From Octopus bimaculoides (lineage: Eukaryota): a stretch of 40,757 nt of DNA. The stretch is from the NCBI RefSeq assembly GCF_001194135.2, contig NC_068981.1, positions 110,352,395 through 110,393,151 of the forward strand, read 5' to 3'. This document shows, piece by piece, positions 9,711 through 23,105 of the stretch. A program made the translations under genes and the position numbers. A model generated the notes under the pieces. The model searched no databases and had not been told where the DNA came from. It worked only from the letters and a program-made list of their open reading frames with translations. How positions within the stretch are numbered: the stretch's first letter is position 1; every line of letters starts with the position of its first letter.

Positions 9711-12389
9711 TTTTAAAAAAGATCCCTGTTTTTCAAATAAAATCTACATGATCAACAGATTTTACAAATGATGAAGTGACTCTTTTCAAAACTGGACACT
9801 ATATGTCCACCAATGAAGCCATATGCAGAACCTTAGATGCCTGCTCCAAATGGGTACTTTTGGATACAGATGATCGATATGTTAATGCACTCAAAGAAGC
9901 CTCAATCTGTTCTCTGCACAAGCCCTGACACCTTTTTGCAATAATGCTGGTTTTCTGAAACCTGACAGATGCACATTCACTTTGGAATAAATAAAAGACT
10001 CAATGTGCCATGACATTTTGCTGCAGACTCGCCAAATCACAGGTAGTGTTGACACTCCCACTACCCCTGTCATTTACAACAGAGGGCTTCTTCTCTTGGA
10101 AGACTTGGTTATAGCAATTGGAGGTCAATATTTGGATGCTTATTCTCACCACACTCCAGACAGAAATAAAGATGCCAGCCCCAATCGTCTCATTCTCAGA
10201 GAAACATCCACAAACTCAAACAGTACATTGCTGGCAATGAGCCCCTTCTGAATTCCAATTAAGCTGACATATACAATTTTGCCCTCACAAACATCTACAC
10301 ACACACTGGTGGAATCATCTTCTCAGACGGACCCAGTGGAACTGGAAAAAACATTCTTCCTGAATCTTCTTCTTGTGAAGTTGCGGCATAATGGTGACCT
10401 TGCTATTGCTGTTGCCTCCTCAGGAATAGCCTTGACTCTTCTCAGTGGCAGATGAACAGCACACTGTACCTTCAAATTGCCTTTCAATGTAGCACATCAA
10501 GAAAACCCAACATGCCACATAATGCATTCCTCGAATGAATCAACAATTTTGAAAAAATGAAAACTTATTGTTTGGGATGAAGCAACAATGTCCCATAAAT
10601 GTTCCCTACAAACACTTGATGCCACAATGAGAGACCTTAGCTCAAAGAGCAACATCTTTAGAGGTGCAACTCTACTTCTTGCAGGAGATTTTTGACAAAC
10701 TCTGCGTATTATACCCAAAGGAACACCCACTGATGAACTTAATGTTTGCCTTAAAAAATCCCTCCTTTGGTTACATGTCCAATCTAAACAACTCACCATA
10801 AACGAGATCACTCATACAAACTGGTCAGTCTACAACTCAGTTTTCAGAAATGCTCCTTAAAATTGGCAATAGACAAATTATGTCTGACAACAATGGATAC
10901 ATTGACACTACCACCATTGGCCACACTGTCTCCAGCTCTGATGACTTATGTTCTGCTGTTTACCCAAATCTTTCAACGGAATACATAAAACCAGATTGGC
11001 TTCACAATAGGGCTGTTCTTGCACCTACAAATGCAGCTGTCAACACTCTTAACTACGACTTACTCAGTCAGCTACCTTCTCAAGAATGTTGTTACAGATC
11101 AGTTGGTACCGTTACCGACCTCGATCAGGCTACACAATTTCCAACAGAATTTCTCAACTCCCAAAATCCTCCAGGACTACCTCCCCATGAACTTCACTTA
11201 AAAGTCGGTTGCCCTGTCATCCTCCTATACAATCTAAATGCACCAACACTATGCAATGGAACTTGCCTTGTGGTCAAACAAATGATGGACAACATCATTG
11301 AAGCCTAAATTATCACAAGACATGGCAAAAACAATAACGTTCTCATTCCTAAAATTTCGCTAAACCCAACAGACTGCTTCTACCCTGTGCAGAGACTACA
11401 GTTCCCTCTCAAACTCAGCTTCACCATGACAATTAGCAAAGCACAAGGTCAGTCACTGAAAGTTGTCAGATTGGACATTCAAATGTTGTGCTTTTCACAT
11501 GGACAGTTCTACATCGGTTGTTCGATAGTTGACCATTCAGACAACTTATTCATCTATGCTCCTGAAGGAAAAAGATGTCTACAAAGCAGCCCTACAGTAG
11601 TTGTTCCTCTACTGCAATCTTCACACCTGCACCAAACTGTAGCCATTAGCAATCAGACTTCCTGCAAGCATTTCATTGATATTTTGCTTCATTTTCCTGA
11701 TTGTTGTTAACAGTACAACACCTTCAGTGACCGTTCTTACTTCACGCATGCTGTTCACTCATTAGCATGCTCTGACATTTATTTTTGTTCATGTCATTAT
11801 TCAATTTGTGTGTTTGCTTTTCTTTATAATACATGACTTTCATAGAAAAAAAGCTTCAATGCAGTTGTGTCAGGCATTACGAGAAAAATAAGTACATGAT
11901 ACAAAACGTTTCAAGTAAGCTATAAGATCCCTAATACCTACTGCAATTACAATCTCATTTCATGGACTTTCATTTATTACTAACAGTCAAATTTGTGTTC
12001 AAAAAAATTTATTCATTACCTGAGTTGCTCAATACCATATTATAAACAAAAATGCTAACAAAAATGGTAATTATACATTTTACGCCTATCAACTTGTAAC
12101 AACTTCTAACTGCAGGCTAATTCAACTTAAACCATCCACAGGAGTGCACCATAATAATAAATTACACTGTCCAAAGATGGGTGCATCTGCTAATTTAAAT
12201 ATAAGTAGAATGAATAATAGCAGAAATTTGAGGATAAAGAAATACTAAGAAAATCCAGCATAATGAAAAGGATGATACATAGTATGCCACTTAGTCTGTT
12301 TTTTTTTTTTGTTGTTTTTTGTTTTATGTTGAGGGTACTGACTGGGCTCTTATTTGTCTTAAGATGTTGTTGCTCTTGATAACGTTGGT

Positions 12390-15250
12390 TAAATTTGATG
12401 AAAGTGGTACAAGTTGGGGTCAGAAGTTTTACATTGTTTTGAAAAATAAGTAGAATATAGACTATGACAAGAAAGCAGCAATGTCTTTGACCCAATCAAG
12501 AATCAGAATTTTGTAACTAGTGGCAAAAGGGGGAGTTACAAAGTTAAAAGAAAAACAGTGATGTGGATGAAAGAAAACTGCTTGCAAGGTTGGTTTTCAT
12601 TACAAAACTGCAGAATATTGACATTGAACACCTCATTACTTACTGTTTTGGTCCATTCTGGCTGATTTTAACCACAAAATAGTATCCTGATTAAGACCAG
12701 GAAGTCATTTACACACCACCCATAGTCTGTAGTGAAAAATAATGTTGTAGACTTAATAGTCACAAGAAATATTCAGATCATTGATGCTATACTTATCTTC
12801 TGCATCTACAAACTTCTACCTTCTAACAGAATTTCCTTTAGAGAAAGTATTGAAAATAGCCAACTCACAAGAATGAAGTGAGATCTATTTTGTAACACAT
12901 GGAGCCATAAACATCAAGAATGTAGAATAAGGTCATTATACTTCTACAGGAATACAAGTCATCAAAATCCAACCAGACAACACATATTAAAACACACAAC
13001 CTAATAGAAGAAATTTTTTGATGCAGGAGAGAACAAAGTGATTTGTAGAGTACCTCTTTTATATTGGGCGGAAGTGTCCAGTAGATGTGTACAAGAATGT
13101 GTTTACTTAACAAATGGGAAAGTGTGCCATGCACTTCCAGAGAGCCATGAAGTTAAGAAGGCAGAACTTATGCTGGAACTCCATTATGACCATGAAAAAA
13201 GTGAGCATCCAGTTATTCTTGAATGCAAAATATGCTCACAAGTATTTTCATCAGTCAATATTGTCGATAGTCACATCATTGCCTCCTACAGCTTCTGCAG
13301 AACCAGATCCAGTGGGGTCCTACTCTCTTGTGTTACTCACCAGTGCATTCTTGTTTTTTAAGATGTTCAGTGAAAGCAGTGTTGTTGCGCTTGACATGAG
13401 TAAGTCTGATTATCTAACATGTGAATCTCCTATCAAAATTTCTTGTCTGTAGGCTCCATCCATCTTTCATCACTTGGATTAGTAGTTTCCTCACAAATCA
13501 TGCCATTGTGGCATATGTAAATGGAGCTCTTCCTGTCACATTCTTAATCAACTATGGTGTACTCCAAATTCAGTTGTATCCTTCACATCCCTTTCTACAT
13601 CAACGGCCTACTTGCCACCACATCTAACAACACACACTGTTATGCAAATGAAGCTACCCTTTGTTCTTCCATAACTTTCTCAATCAGGCTTCATCCACAT
13701 GCAACTTATATAATCTATGCACCAAATCTGCATTGATTCTATAAAAAGACCATCTGAGCAGCCCTCAGTGGAGCCATGCCCATCTTATCTCTTTTAATAG
13801 CAAAAACACTCAAGGATTACTCATATTAGAAAAGTACTTTCACACCACAATCCTCTAAACATGAGTGGCATTCAGTTAGAACCGTCACAGATGCTGCAAA
13901 TGTTGTGCTTCTCTATTAAGGTTCTCCTGTTGAAACACATCTTTAACGCAGCTAGGACCACATCCCAATGACTGGCCCTTCTTTTCAGGACTAGAAAATA
14001 TTTCATTCCTCAACAATTGCTGACACACTCTACAAAGCTCAAGTGAAGCCCACAATGTTGTACTGCTTCTACATCTAGAGTGGTGCTGCTGATATGCACT
14101 CAGACATCCATGCTGCATTCAAAGAAGTGCTACATGATTGGCATCAAATCACTTACAGACTTCTTCCATTATCTACTGCACATGTGTGCTTCTCTCTCCA
14201 TGTTCAGTTTTTTAAATCACTATTATAATGGCCTCTTATTCTTTGTAACTGGCTGTTTTGCACTTCTCCATTTAGGCACACATGGCATACTCACCTCTCT
14301 ACTCTTTGTTGCCCTTTTTGTGTTTAATCCTTTCCAGACACTACACTAAGCTTTTCTTGTCCTTCCTCACAGAACATCATTTCTCTGACATCTGCTCCCT
14401 ACTCATGACTTCCCTGCAGCTGTTAACTTGTAACAGTTTAAACAGAGCATTAATGTCATTACTGTCATTAATTTTGTATGGTTTGAGTATTGCCTCTTCC
14501 TTGAGATGTAGTTATAAAGTATATGAATGCTGATGTTTACTAGCATGAAATGTGCAGAGAAGTTTACAGCACTTCTCTTCTGTTGGTCTTCTATTCTACT
14601 GGTGATAAAGTCTGCATTTGCTATCAAGTCGATTTGTAGTCAGCAGAGCTTTTATGTTGTACCAGCCTTGGTCTCATTCCATCATTTCACTTGACAGTTG
14701 TGCAGTAAATAGATTCTTTGGGAAGAGAAAGAATAAACCCTTCCAGTTAACTATCATATATGAGCACTATATACATAACATTCTAGAGTTTGGTACATCT
14801 TTGTATGTCATATGTATGGTCTAAGTGAAAGCATCAAATGTGAATGTTACTCGGTATTGTCTATTCTGATTTGATAGACCTGCAGAAGAGTTACATCCTT
14901 TAAACAAAGACTCTCTTATGAAACACATGATGCATGCTAATTACCTGGCTGGTGTATTTCATCACTATTTGGAGCAAATACCAGAAATTTCTCCTAATGG
15001 AATGGAACTTAAAGAAAGTTAATGGTCCTATGGAACTTCATATTGATTCATCTGACCTCCCACTAATTCTAACTCATCAGTTGCAGCTGCAAGAAAGATA
15101 ATTGGAGGCATGTTCCAAATTTGTAAGTGCATACATCTTTACAAACATCATGCTGTAGTAAAATTGGTTTAAGGTGCACACAGTTGTGTAAATGCTCAGG
15201 AATCTGCTGTATCTGATGATGATATGGGCTCTGAAGATGAAAGTTGAAAG
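12390..15250 (+). mobile_element. Academ (AcademX-type) DNA transposon relic: C-terminal half with XPG-like nuclease and Cys-rich finger
   Basis: Ordered motif remnants: NVFDPIKNQ (~12480); DERKLLARLVFITKLQNIDIEHLITY (12566); IIDAIL; KKFFDAGENK; ESHEVKKAELMLELH (HEEAD-like, ~13140); SLDSCAVNRFFGKRK (GCD..S.F.GKGK-like, ~14690); HPLNKDSLMKHMMHANYLA (LPPT...H..RANYQ-like); LISCSCKK...CCSKIGLRCTQLCKC. No TIR found. Confidence 0.65.
13235..14470 (+). pseudogene. CR1/L2/Jockey-group LINE RT fragment nested in the Academ relic
   Basis: ESSVVALDMSK, WISSFLTN...VNG...INYGV, HCYANEATL (YADD region), YFIPQQLLT.YKAQVKP.M.YC, ASLSMF..YYNG. Heavily degenerate. Confidence 0.75.
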
Positions 15251-15439
15251 CATTTTATTTTTTTAAGGTTTTCACAGTATTTAGATGCAAGGACTAAAAT
15301 AAACACATCTGGAAACAAAATGTATCTAAAAAGATACTATTTGTCCATGTTTATCATTTCGAATTATTGCCCATACAGTAAAAAAACATATGTACTCTGA
15401 CCAGCTATCAGAGTTGTCAACAGTTTGAAATTTTATATC

Positions 15440-16400
15440 CAATTAAGGATATAAAAATAGGGAGAGCTCCTGGACCTTCAAGAATCACTGCTGAGATGTT
15501 TAAAATATCTGGTGGAGTAGGATATGCCCTAGTCACTTATAGTTTATCAGGTTATCCAGGAAGACATCATCTCAAGTGACTGGTGTAGTAGCATTTTTAT
15601 TAGCTGCTACAAGGGTAAATGTGATGCCTTAGATAGAAACTACTACAGAGGTATCAAACTGCTGGACTGAGTCAGAAAAGTTAGAGAGAGAGGGTTATAA
15701 CTCAATTGATTAGAAATAGAATTAAACTAGATGCAATGCAGTTTTGGAAGAGTACCACAGGAAGAGAGGTGTCTGGGAGAAGTACCACCATCTTCCTAGT
15801 GAGACAACTGCAGGAAAGGTATTTGGTCAAAAGTAAGCCATTGTACTTGGCTTTTGTCAACCTGGAGAAAGTTTTTGACAGAGTCCTTCGCTCTGTTATC
15901 TGGTAGTCTCTTAGGAAGTTAGGAATTGATGAGTGGCTTGTTAGAGCTGTACAATCCATGTACAGCAGTGCTGTCAGTAGGGTGAGAGTCAGCCATAAAT
16001 ACAGTGATGAATTTAGTGTACAAGTAGAGATTCACTAAAACTCAATTCTCTTCATTCCTATTCATCATAGTCCTCCAAGCCTACGTTGATGACATTGCTC
16101 TTATTGCAGAATCTGAGAAATTCCAAGTATGGAAATGGAAGCAAAACCTGGAATCAAAGGATTTTAACCTAGCAAAGATCAACATTGTTAGCAACAAAGT
16201 AGATAAGACTCTCTTTCTGACAGGTTAATGGCCCTGATCAATATGTAGGAAAGAAGTTAGAAGAAATTCCATTTGTTGCACCCAGTGCACGCTATGGACA
16301 AATAAGAGGTAGTCTTTGTATGTGGTAGATGTGCTGGAACAAAAAGCACTAAGAATGCACAGGAATTAAACTCTTTCAAATGCCCAGAAGGCTCTCTTGG
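15440..16400 (+). pseudogene. RTE LINE RT fragment
   Basis: IKDIKIGRAPGPSRITAEMFKISGGVG...CYKGK...RQLQERYLVKSKPLYLAFVNLEKVFDRV...LYSSAVSRVRV. Stops and frameshifts. Confidence 0.9.
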
Positions 16401-16639
16401 GGTTGTAAATTTCACAACTTAAAATAGATTTCTGTTAATCATGAGGTTTATTTATCTATATCTTTATTATATGTATTTTGGGAGGTTAGGCTCAATGCCT
16501 TGGTGCACACTGCATCTAGGTTTCACTCTCACAAAGTTCAACCTTGTTTTTCTTATTTCTCTATACCACTGGTAGTCAATTGCAAGTGAACACAGAGTCC
16601 TAAAATATTGTGCCTACCTTTAAAACATTCTTGTTGTCT

Positions 16640-16880
16640 AACCAGTTGATCTAGCAAGCGGGGCCTCATATCAGTGAGTGGGGGCCGGTGCATTGATGCC
16701 GTTGAGAGGTAGGCCCCAAAACGGCGTGCATTCTTTCCTTATGACCCCATACACTTGCTGGCTTCCGGTATGCGGAGTTCTTGACTAGTAGCACTTGCAG
16801 GTGCAAGTTGTTTGCAAAACAATGGAAAATAAAGGAGACTATTTTGGATGTAGCTAAACTTTTCGTTAGTCTTGTATGTT
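16640..16880. promoter_or_regulatory. CpG-containing patch with ETS-like motif (possible promoter)
   Basis: GC/CpG-rich against an AT-rich background. GGCTTCCGG lies at ~16760, with a possible GTATGT donor at ~16874. It could instead be a DNA-transposon remnant. Confidence 0.25.
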
Positions 16881-17649
16881 TATTTCATTGAAATATTTTT
16901 GGTTTATTTTATAAGATTATTTTTCATTGTTTGAGTTAGAGGTTTCATTAGGATATGGGAATATATTAGAAATGAGAGAAAGAAGTATGCCATAATTATG
17001 CTGGCTGAAGAATATATGAAATTCAGAAATGCTCATTAATAACATAGATAACCTTGCCTGTCAAGCATTTTAATCATAGCTTCCTGTTTCCTGAGAAACT
17101 GGTAGCAATTAAAACATTTAATAAAGTTATTTGATTGGTGAATTGAAATATTTAGTCTCCTACATAATATAATTATTTTCAATCTACTTAAAGAGAAATA
17201 TTAGATTAATTACTGAATATTCAGATTTCCTACATCACTCATTCCACTCCACCTTCTATATTACTTATACTTTATTACTATAGTACTTAGGTTCTTCATT
17301 TAATTTTGATTCTCACCTTTATTGTATAGTTATTATGTAATGTATTGGTGATGTTTTGCTCTTTGTTTTTGTTTTTTTATTTAATCTTGATTTCTTTGAT
17401 GAATGATTTCCCTTGATTATATTAAAAATTTGTATAAATGTGGTGGATTTGAGACATTTATTTACTGGACAGCTCTTGTACTCAGTCTAGTAACCTGTGT
17501 CTAGAACAATTGAATTAGGGAATGTAATCTAGAGCAGCATTTGAAATAAAATTTGAATTGTGAGAGCTATTCGTAAATATTGTCCAATATTTTATGGCTT
17601 TTTTCGTGGCAATATATATTTTTTTCACACTTTTTATGGCTAAATTATT

Positions 17650-19753
17650 AATAACAATATACTGTATTTGCTGGCTTACTGAAGCTCCCTCTGATTAGAA
17701 TAGCCACGCATCACGTTGCTTGATTTTTTTTAGATACAGGTACATTGTATCTTATTTCTGCTTTTAGTAGATGTCTAGCGACATCTATCTATATTTCACA
17801 CATACACACACTCTTTCCCTCTCTTGCTGTATTTGTCTCTCAACAACACCACCCTCTCATTGGAGTGAAAGTATATCGCACCAGTATTACTTGGGCTAGC
17901 GATGACAGATCAGAGATATATACAACAGGAGACTGAACTTTAATTTTATACCAGTGCTTTTTTTAAATCATCTCTACATTTAATCATATACATTGTTTAT
18001 GTTCCAGGAAGGTAAAAGTTATGCTGCAGTAGGTCGCCATTATGTTGTCAATGAAAGCACCATATGCTACATGAAGAACGAGGTGGCGATCAGGACCACC
18101 GTAGCAGTAAGTTTCTGTGAAAGTGCCAAAAAGATAGCGATAGTGAGAAATAAACACTTCATCAGGATGGAATCTGCCTTGGCATTGTGGATCAGTGACT
18201 GCAAGAAGAAAAACTACCCCTTGAGCGGTAACATCATCCGCAAGAAAGCACAGAAATTATACTAGCAGTTTGACAAAAGAGACGAAGCAGAAGGCACCAA
18301 AGAACCACAACCAACACCATTGACAGTACCGGAGCCTGAAGATTTTCAAACCAGCAAGGGATGGTTTGACCGTTTTCAGAAACGGTTTAAAATAAAGTGT
18401 GTTTCCCTACATGGAGAGACAGCATCAGCCAACAAAGAAGCCACTGAGAAGTACCTCAAGACCTTCAGGCAGATCATTGTTGACAAGGGATACAAGCCGG
18501 AACAGGTTTTCAATATGGATGAGACTGGCTTCTTCAGGAAGAAGATCCCTTCCAGAATGTTTATCATGAAGGTTGAAGCCAGAGCCCCAGGATTTAAGGC
18601 ACAGAAGGACAGAGTGATGCTAATTATGTGTGGCTATGCTGCTGGTTTCATGATGAAACTAGGATTTATCTACAAGTCCACAAACCTGAAAGCCTTCAAA
18701 AATAAGAATAAAAACCTGCTGCCTGTCCACTAGATGCACAAACCCAAGGCCTGGATTACCAAAAGTCTAACTTTGAATTGGTTCTACTAATGCTTCATTC
18801 CACAAGCCAAGGGTTACCTCTAAAATGCTTGCATGGAATTCAAGGTGTTGCTTGTTATGGATAATGCTGGTGGTCATTTTTTGGATTTGAATCACAAGGG
18901 AGTCCAAGTCAAGATCCTTCCTGCCAACATTACCTCCTTCATCCAGCCTATGGATCAAGGCGTGATCCATGCCTTCAAGGCACTATGAACTCTCTCCAAC
19001 ACCTTTTGAATGCAGTGGATTTGGACAAGAATTTCAAGTTAAAGGAGTACTGGCGTATCTTCACAATCATAACGTGCCTGTCAGTCATCCACACTGCTTT
19101 TAAAGACATGAAAAAAGAAACCTCCATCGCATGCTGGAAGAAGGTGTGGTTAGAGTGTGTCCAGGACTACGAGGGCTTCTCACCTGAAGATTTTCAGCAC
19201 AACTATGTGATGAAACTGGCAAAGGTACTTGGTGGCACTGTGCAGTCATTATCTTCATTATTTTCGTCATCATCATCTTAAATCAATATCATTCATTATT
19301 AGTGAGTAACTGTACATTTNNNNNNNNNNNNNNNNNNNNNNNNNNNNNNNNNNNNNNNNNNNNNNNNNNNNNNNNNNNNNNNNNNNNNNNNNNNNNNNNN
19401 NNNNNNNNNNNNNNNNNNNNNNNNNNNNNTATATATATATATATATATATATATCTTTATCTTATGATATTTACTTTGTTTTATATTATACTCATTTATT
19501 GTGCTTTTAATTATTAAGTTTTCTATATGTGATAGTGGATTTTCATCAATGAGTTCTTGAAACTTGGTTCTTTTCCCTAAAACTATATATTTATATCTAT
19601 CTATCTATCTATCTATCTATATATATTTATTATATTTTACATTATATTTTGACATTCATAGGCATTTTTATGGATCACATCCAATATTCACAGTTTTTCA
19701 CTATTCGTGGGTGCTCTGGAAACATAACCCCCACGAATACTGAGGGTCTATTG
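17650..19753 (+). mobile_element. pogo/Tigger-like transposon (CENP-B HTH + DDE_1), defective
   Basis: GRHYVVNESTI, FQTSKGWFDRFQKR, LHGETASA, VFNMDETG, LLVMDNAGGH...QPMDQGV (30 residues between D2 and D3). The right TIR on the minus strand reads TA-CAATAGACCCTCAGTATTCGTGGGG and ends at 19753. The left end was not found. Confidence 0.9.
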
Positions 19754-21725
19754 TACATGTAATTATCTACCCAAAAGATTTTCACAATTACACCTAACAA
19801 AATCCTCACAACATATCCTCACAACATGCAAATTTATTTAGTCTTACAAATTTTATGAACTATTCTCTTATAACATAAGTTATCTCTGATTTTCTCAGAC
19901 TTTTAATTATTTTGTCAATGATACATTCTTTAAAGTGATCTCAGCAATAAGTTTTAAAATATCAAAATAGATGTGACAGCATTCTATGAATTGTTATAAT
20001 TAGTAGAAGCATATTCAACTTCATGGATGAGGACACTACTACTTAAGGAAGACAGCTTTCACAGTGTGTGCACCACTGTGTGTGTGCACATGCACAAGTG
20101 CACTCTGGCATTGTTATGCCTTAAAGTTATGCGCCACTTACTGACTGAATATGCAGGATACAAGTTAAATGATATCTTTCTTTACCTAGAAACCCTGGAT
20201 ATTTTATGCTATTACTTAAACACTTAGTAAAATAAATAATGATAATGGATAAAAGTATAAATTTATAATCACATAAAAAGATGTAAACCTTAAAGTAATT
20301 GAGCATCAGTACTTTTCCTTCTCACTAATTTTAAATGAATATTTATATCTACCAATCATCTGACTGCTCTGTATCAGTATATAGTTTTTATTTTCTAAAA
20401 CAACTATATTAGGCATGTTGTATTTGCATTTAGTGGTAGTTTGATGAGAATATTCCATCAATATTCTTCATACTGGGATGTATAGATGTATCTATTTCCA
20501 TATTTGTCCTAGAGCAGTCTTCTGTGGATGTTATTGTGAATTGTTTAAGCAACAGAGTCATGACACATAGGAAGGCAATATCTCGACATTTTGAGGCAGC
20601 TACTGACCACATGCATTGACTTCCACACTTATGATATGATTATCCTTTATGGTTGATTTGGGGGATTTAAGGACTTCATTGTTTTCTCTTGTTCAAGAGC
20701 TATTACACATTACAAAGATGGCTATTCTTTTCTTTGGCTGATCTCAGTATCAATGGCCAACACATTTGTTATTAAATAGAAATAAACTGTGGAAGCAGGT
20801 TTGTGATTTTTCAGTATCAACTTCAAAATGATCTAACTCCTGCTTAACTACATTCAAAACATTACTTTATACTTAGTTTTTTGTTAGTTTTATTGAAATT
20901 TGTTGGTTACAATATTTTATACATACATTTACTATCAGCTAATCCTTTAAACTGATTCTTTTACTGTTCTATTTAGATAGTTGGAAGAAATACAGCATAC
21001 TGCATTACTAGTGGTTTTGTTCAGCTTAATACTATTCTATATGTCAAGAATATTTTTTTCTTTATAAGTGAAAAGGCTTTGTTTTCAAAACAAGACCTTA
21101 GGGTTATGTAGATATTTACGATCATTTTAACTAGTCACCTCAGTATTTCATTTCACTAATATGATGAAATGCAATATGTAACATATAATCTGTTTCTTTA
21201 GTTTAATGAAATTAAATTTAGCTTTCCTGTGCACTTATATCTGTATGAACACACATAGTCAGTGAATTGTCTTTATATTTTACACAAATTGTTTTGATTT
21301 CTTTTGCTAAATTTGTTTTCCAAATATTTACAGATCTGTTCAGAATGTTATGCTATTTTTCTATAAATTAGCAACATTAAAATATGACCACTCTTGCAGT
21401 ATTCTTTAACAACATTTGTCTTTCTTGTGACTTCTTTCCTTTATTCATAATTGTATAATTTATTCAATTTGCAATTGTTATTTTGTATGTTAAAAGCTTT
21501 TCTTTCCATTTACAACTTGATTGAACATTTTTATTCACTCATAAGAAGACTATTTCAGTATATTTACATGTAAATTACTTATATGTAATTACCAAAGAGA
21601 ATATTCATAATATATTGCATGGTGATAATCAGTTTTGATTCCCTCTTTGTCATTGGCAATATCCAATTAATAAAAAATATAAATCTATTCAAATTATACA
21701 GAAAATTTTGTATCAGTTTTAGTGT

Positions 21726-21772
<47 letters not shown>

Positions 21773-22016
21773 NNNNNNNNNNNNNNNNNNNNNNNNNNNN
21801 NNNNNNNNNNNNNNNNNNNNNNNNNNNNNNNNNNNNNNNNNNNNNNNNNNNNNNNNNNNNNNNNNNNNNNNNNNNNNNNNNNNNNNNNNNNNNNNNNNNN
21901 NNNNNNNNNNNNNNNNNNNNNNNNNNNNNNNNNNNNNNNNNNNNNNNNNNNNNNNNNNNNNNNNNNNNNNNNNNNNNNNNNNNNNNNNNNNNNNNNNNNN
22001 NNNNNNNNNNNNNNNN

Positions 22017-22082
22017 GTGAGGAACGGCGATGACTTCCGGCCATACCTTAAACGGAAAAAAGCAGGAAATAAACAAGTAAGG
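22017..22082 (+). promoter_or_regulatory. Candidate promoter/first exon with ETS motifs and a 5' splice donor
   Basis: ACTTCCGG (22033-22040), CGGAAA and CAGGAAAT in a CpG-containing stretch, then CAA|GTAAGG at 22077. It sits right after an N gap. Confidence 0.4.
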
Positions 22083-23105
22083 GAGAATTTTTTTAAGGGT
22101 TGAATTTTAAAATTTTGGCTTTAATTTTTTTCTTTAATAATCATTCTTCAGGTAATTTTTTTTAAATCTTCAATTTTTTGTGTTATCTGTTAGGTTAAGA
22201 GGTTCTCTTTGTTGCCATGAAGGTTTCTTACCTCTGCATGGCATCTTGGTCAGCTGTTGTTTTTTTTAACATAGAAATTTGGCTCATGGAAATTGTATAA
22301 ACATTCTTCAGAGCAACTACTTCTCTTCTTAGGTGATAAGTTTAATCTTTCACCTAGTTTCAAAACCTGTCATTTTCATGTTTTTAATCCACTTTCAAAC
22401 ATTTATGCTAAGTTAACTTCCACCAAAGTTAGATGCCCCGAGAAGAGTCATGGACGCTACTCTTCCTCCTAATTAAAATAAATAAATTTTATAAGACTGA
22501 CTATCATAGAACTTTTACTGATGCAATAACATTATTTGTGTGTATATTATATGGTGCATGTATTGATACATATGACTGTACTTTGATGACTTATTCTACC
22601 ACTACTACTGCATGTAACTAATATACTGTTATTTATAGTGTACTATAAAAATTTTAAATGTTGAAATATAAAATGCCATGGGCTGATCTTGCCTTAATAT
22701 ATATGTCAGTGCTAAATATTTGTATACAAACTTTGTTTTGCACAAGGTCTATATAATCTTACATTTTAAAATGCTGGTGAAATGTATGTTAAAAATTGGA
22801 CAGTTATGTTGAAATCAGCACTATATTTAGGATAGTGAGTGTTTTGTATCCTGTATTCAAATATAGTTTAAGTTATTACTTTTCATCGTTTTAATCAATA
22901 AAAATATTCCAAAATAGCATACTCCTGAAAGATGGTTTATTGATTATATATATATNNNNNNNNNNNNNNNNNNNNNNNNNNNNNNNNNNNNNNNNNNNNN
23001 NNNNNNNNNNNNNNNNNNNNNNNNNNNNNNNNNNNNNNNNNNNNNNNNNNNNNNNNNNNNNNNNNNNNNNNNNNNNNNTTTTAATCATTTTAATTAATGT
23101 ATATA

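Larger units (their letters stand above)
9100..11620 (+). mobile_element. Helitron RepHel pseudogene (end of Rep domain plus PIF1-like helicase), interrupted by a MITE
   Basis: NEEFYSSVKSIHY (9100-9140) continues after the MITE as DEVTLFKTGHYMSTNEAICR. Downstream motifs are GPSGTGK, AVASSGIA, LIVWDEATM, LLLAGDF, LAPTNAAVN, PPHELHLKVGCPVILL.NL...LCNGT and QFPLKLSFTMTISKAQGQSL. Many stops and frameshifts. Confidence 0.92.

Noticed and set aside
11745-11770. GCATGCT...AGCATGC hairpin as the Helitron 3' terminus
   Set aside because: It is not followed by CTRR at the expected spacing.
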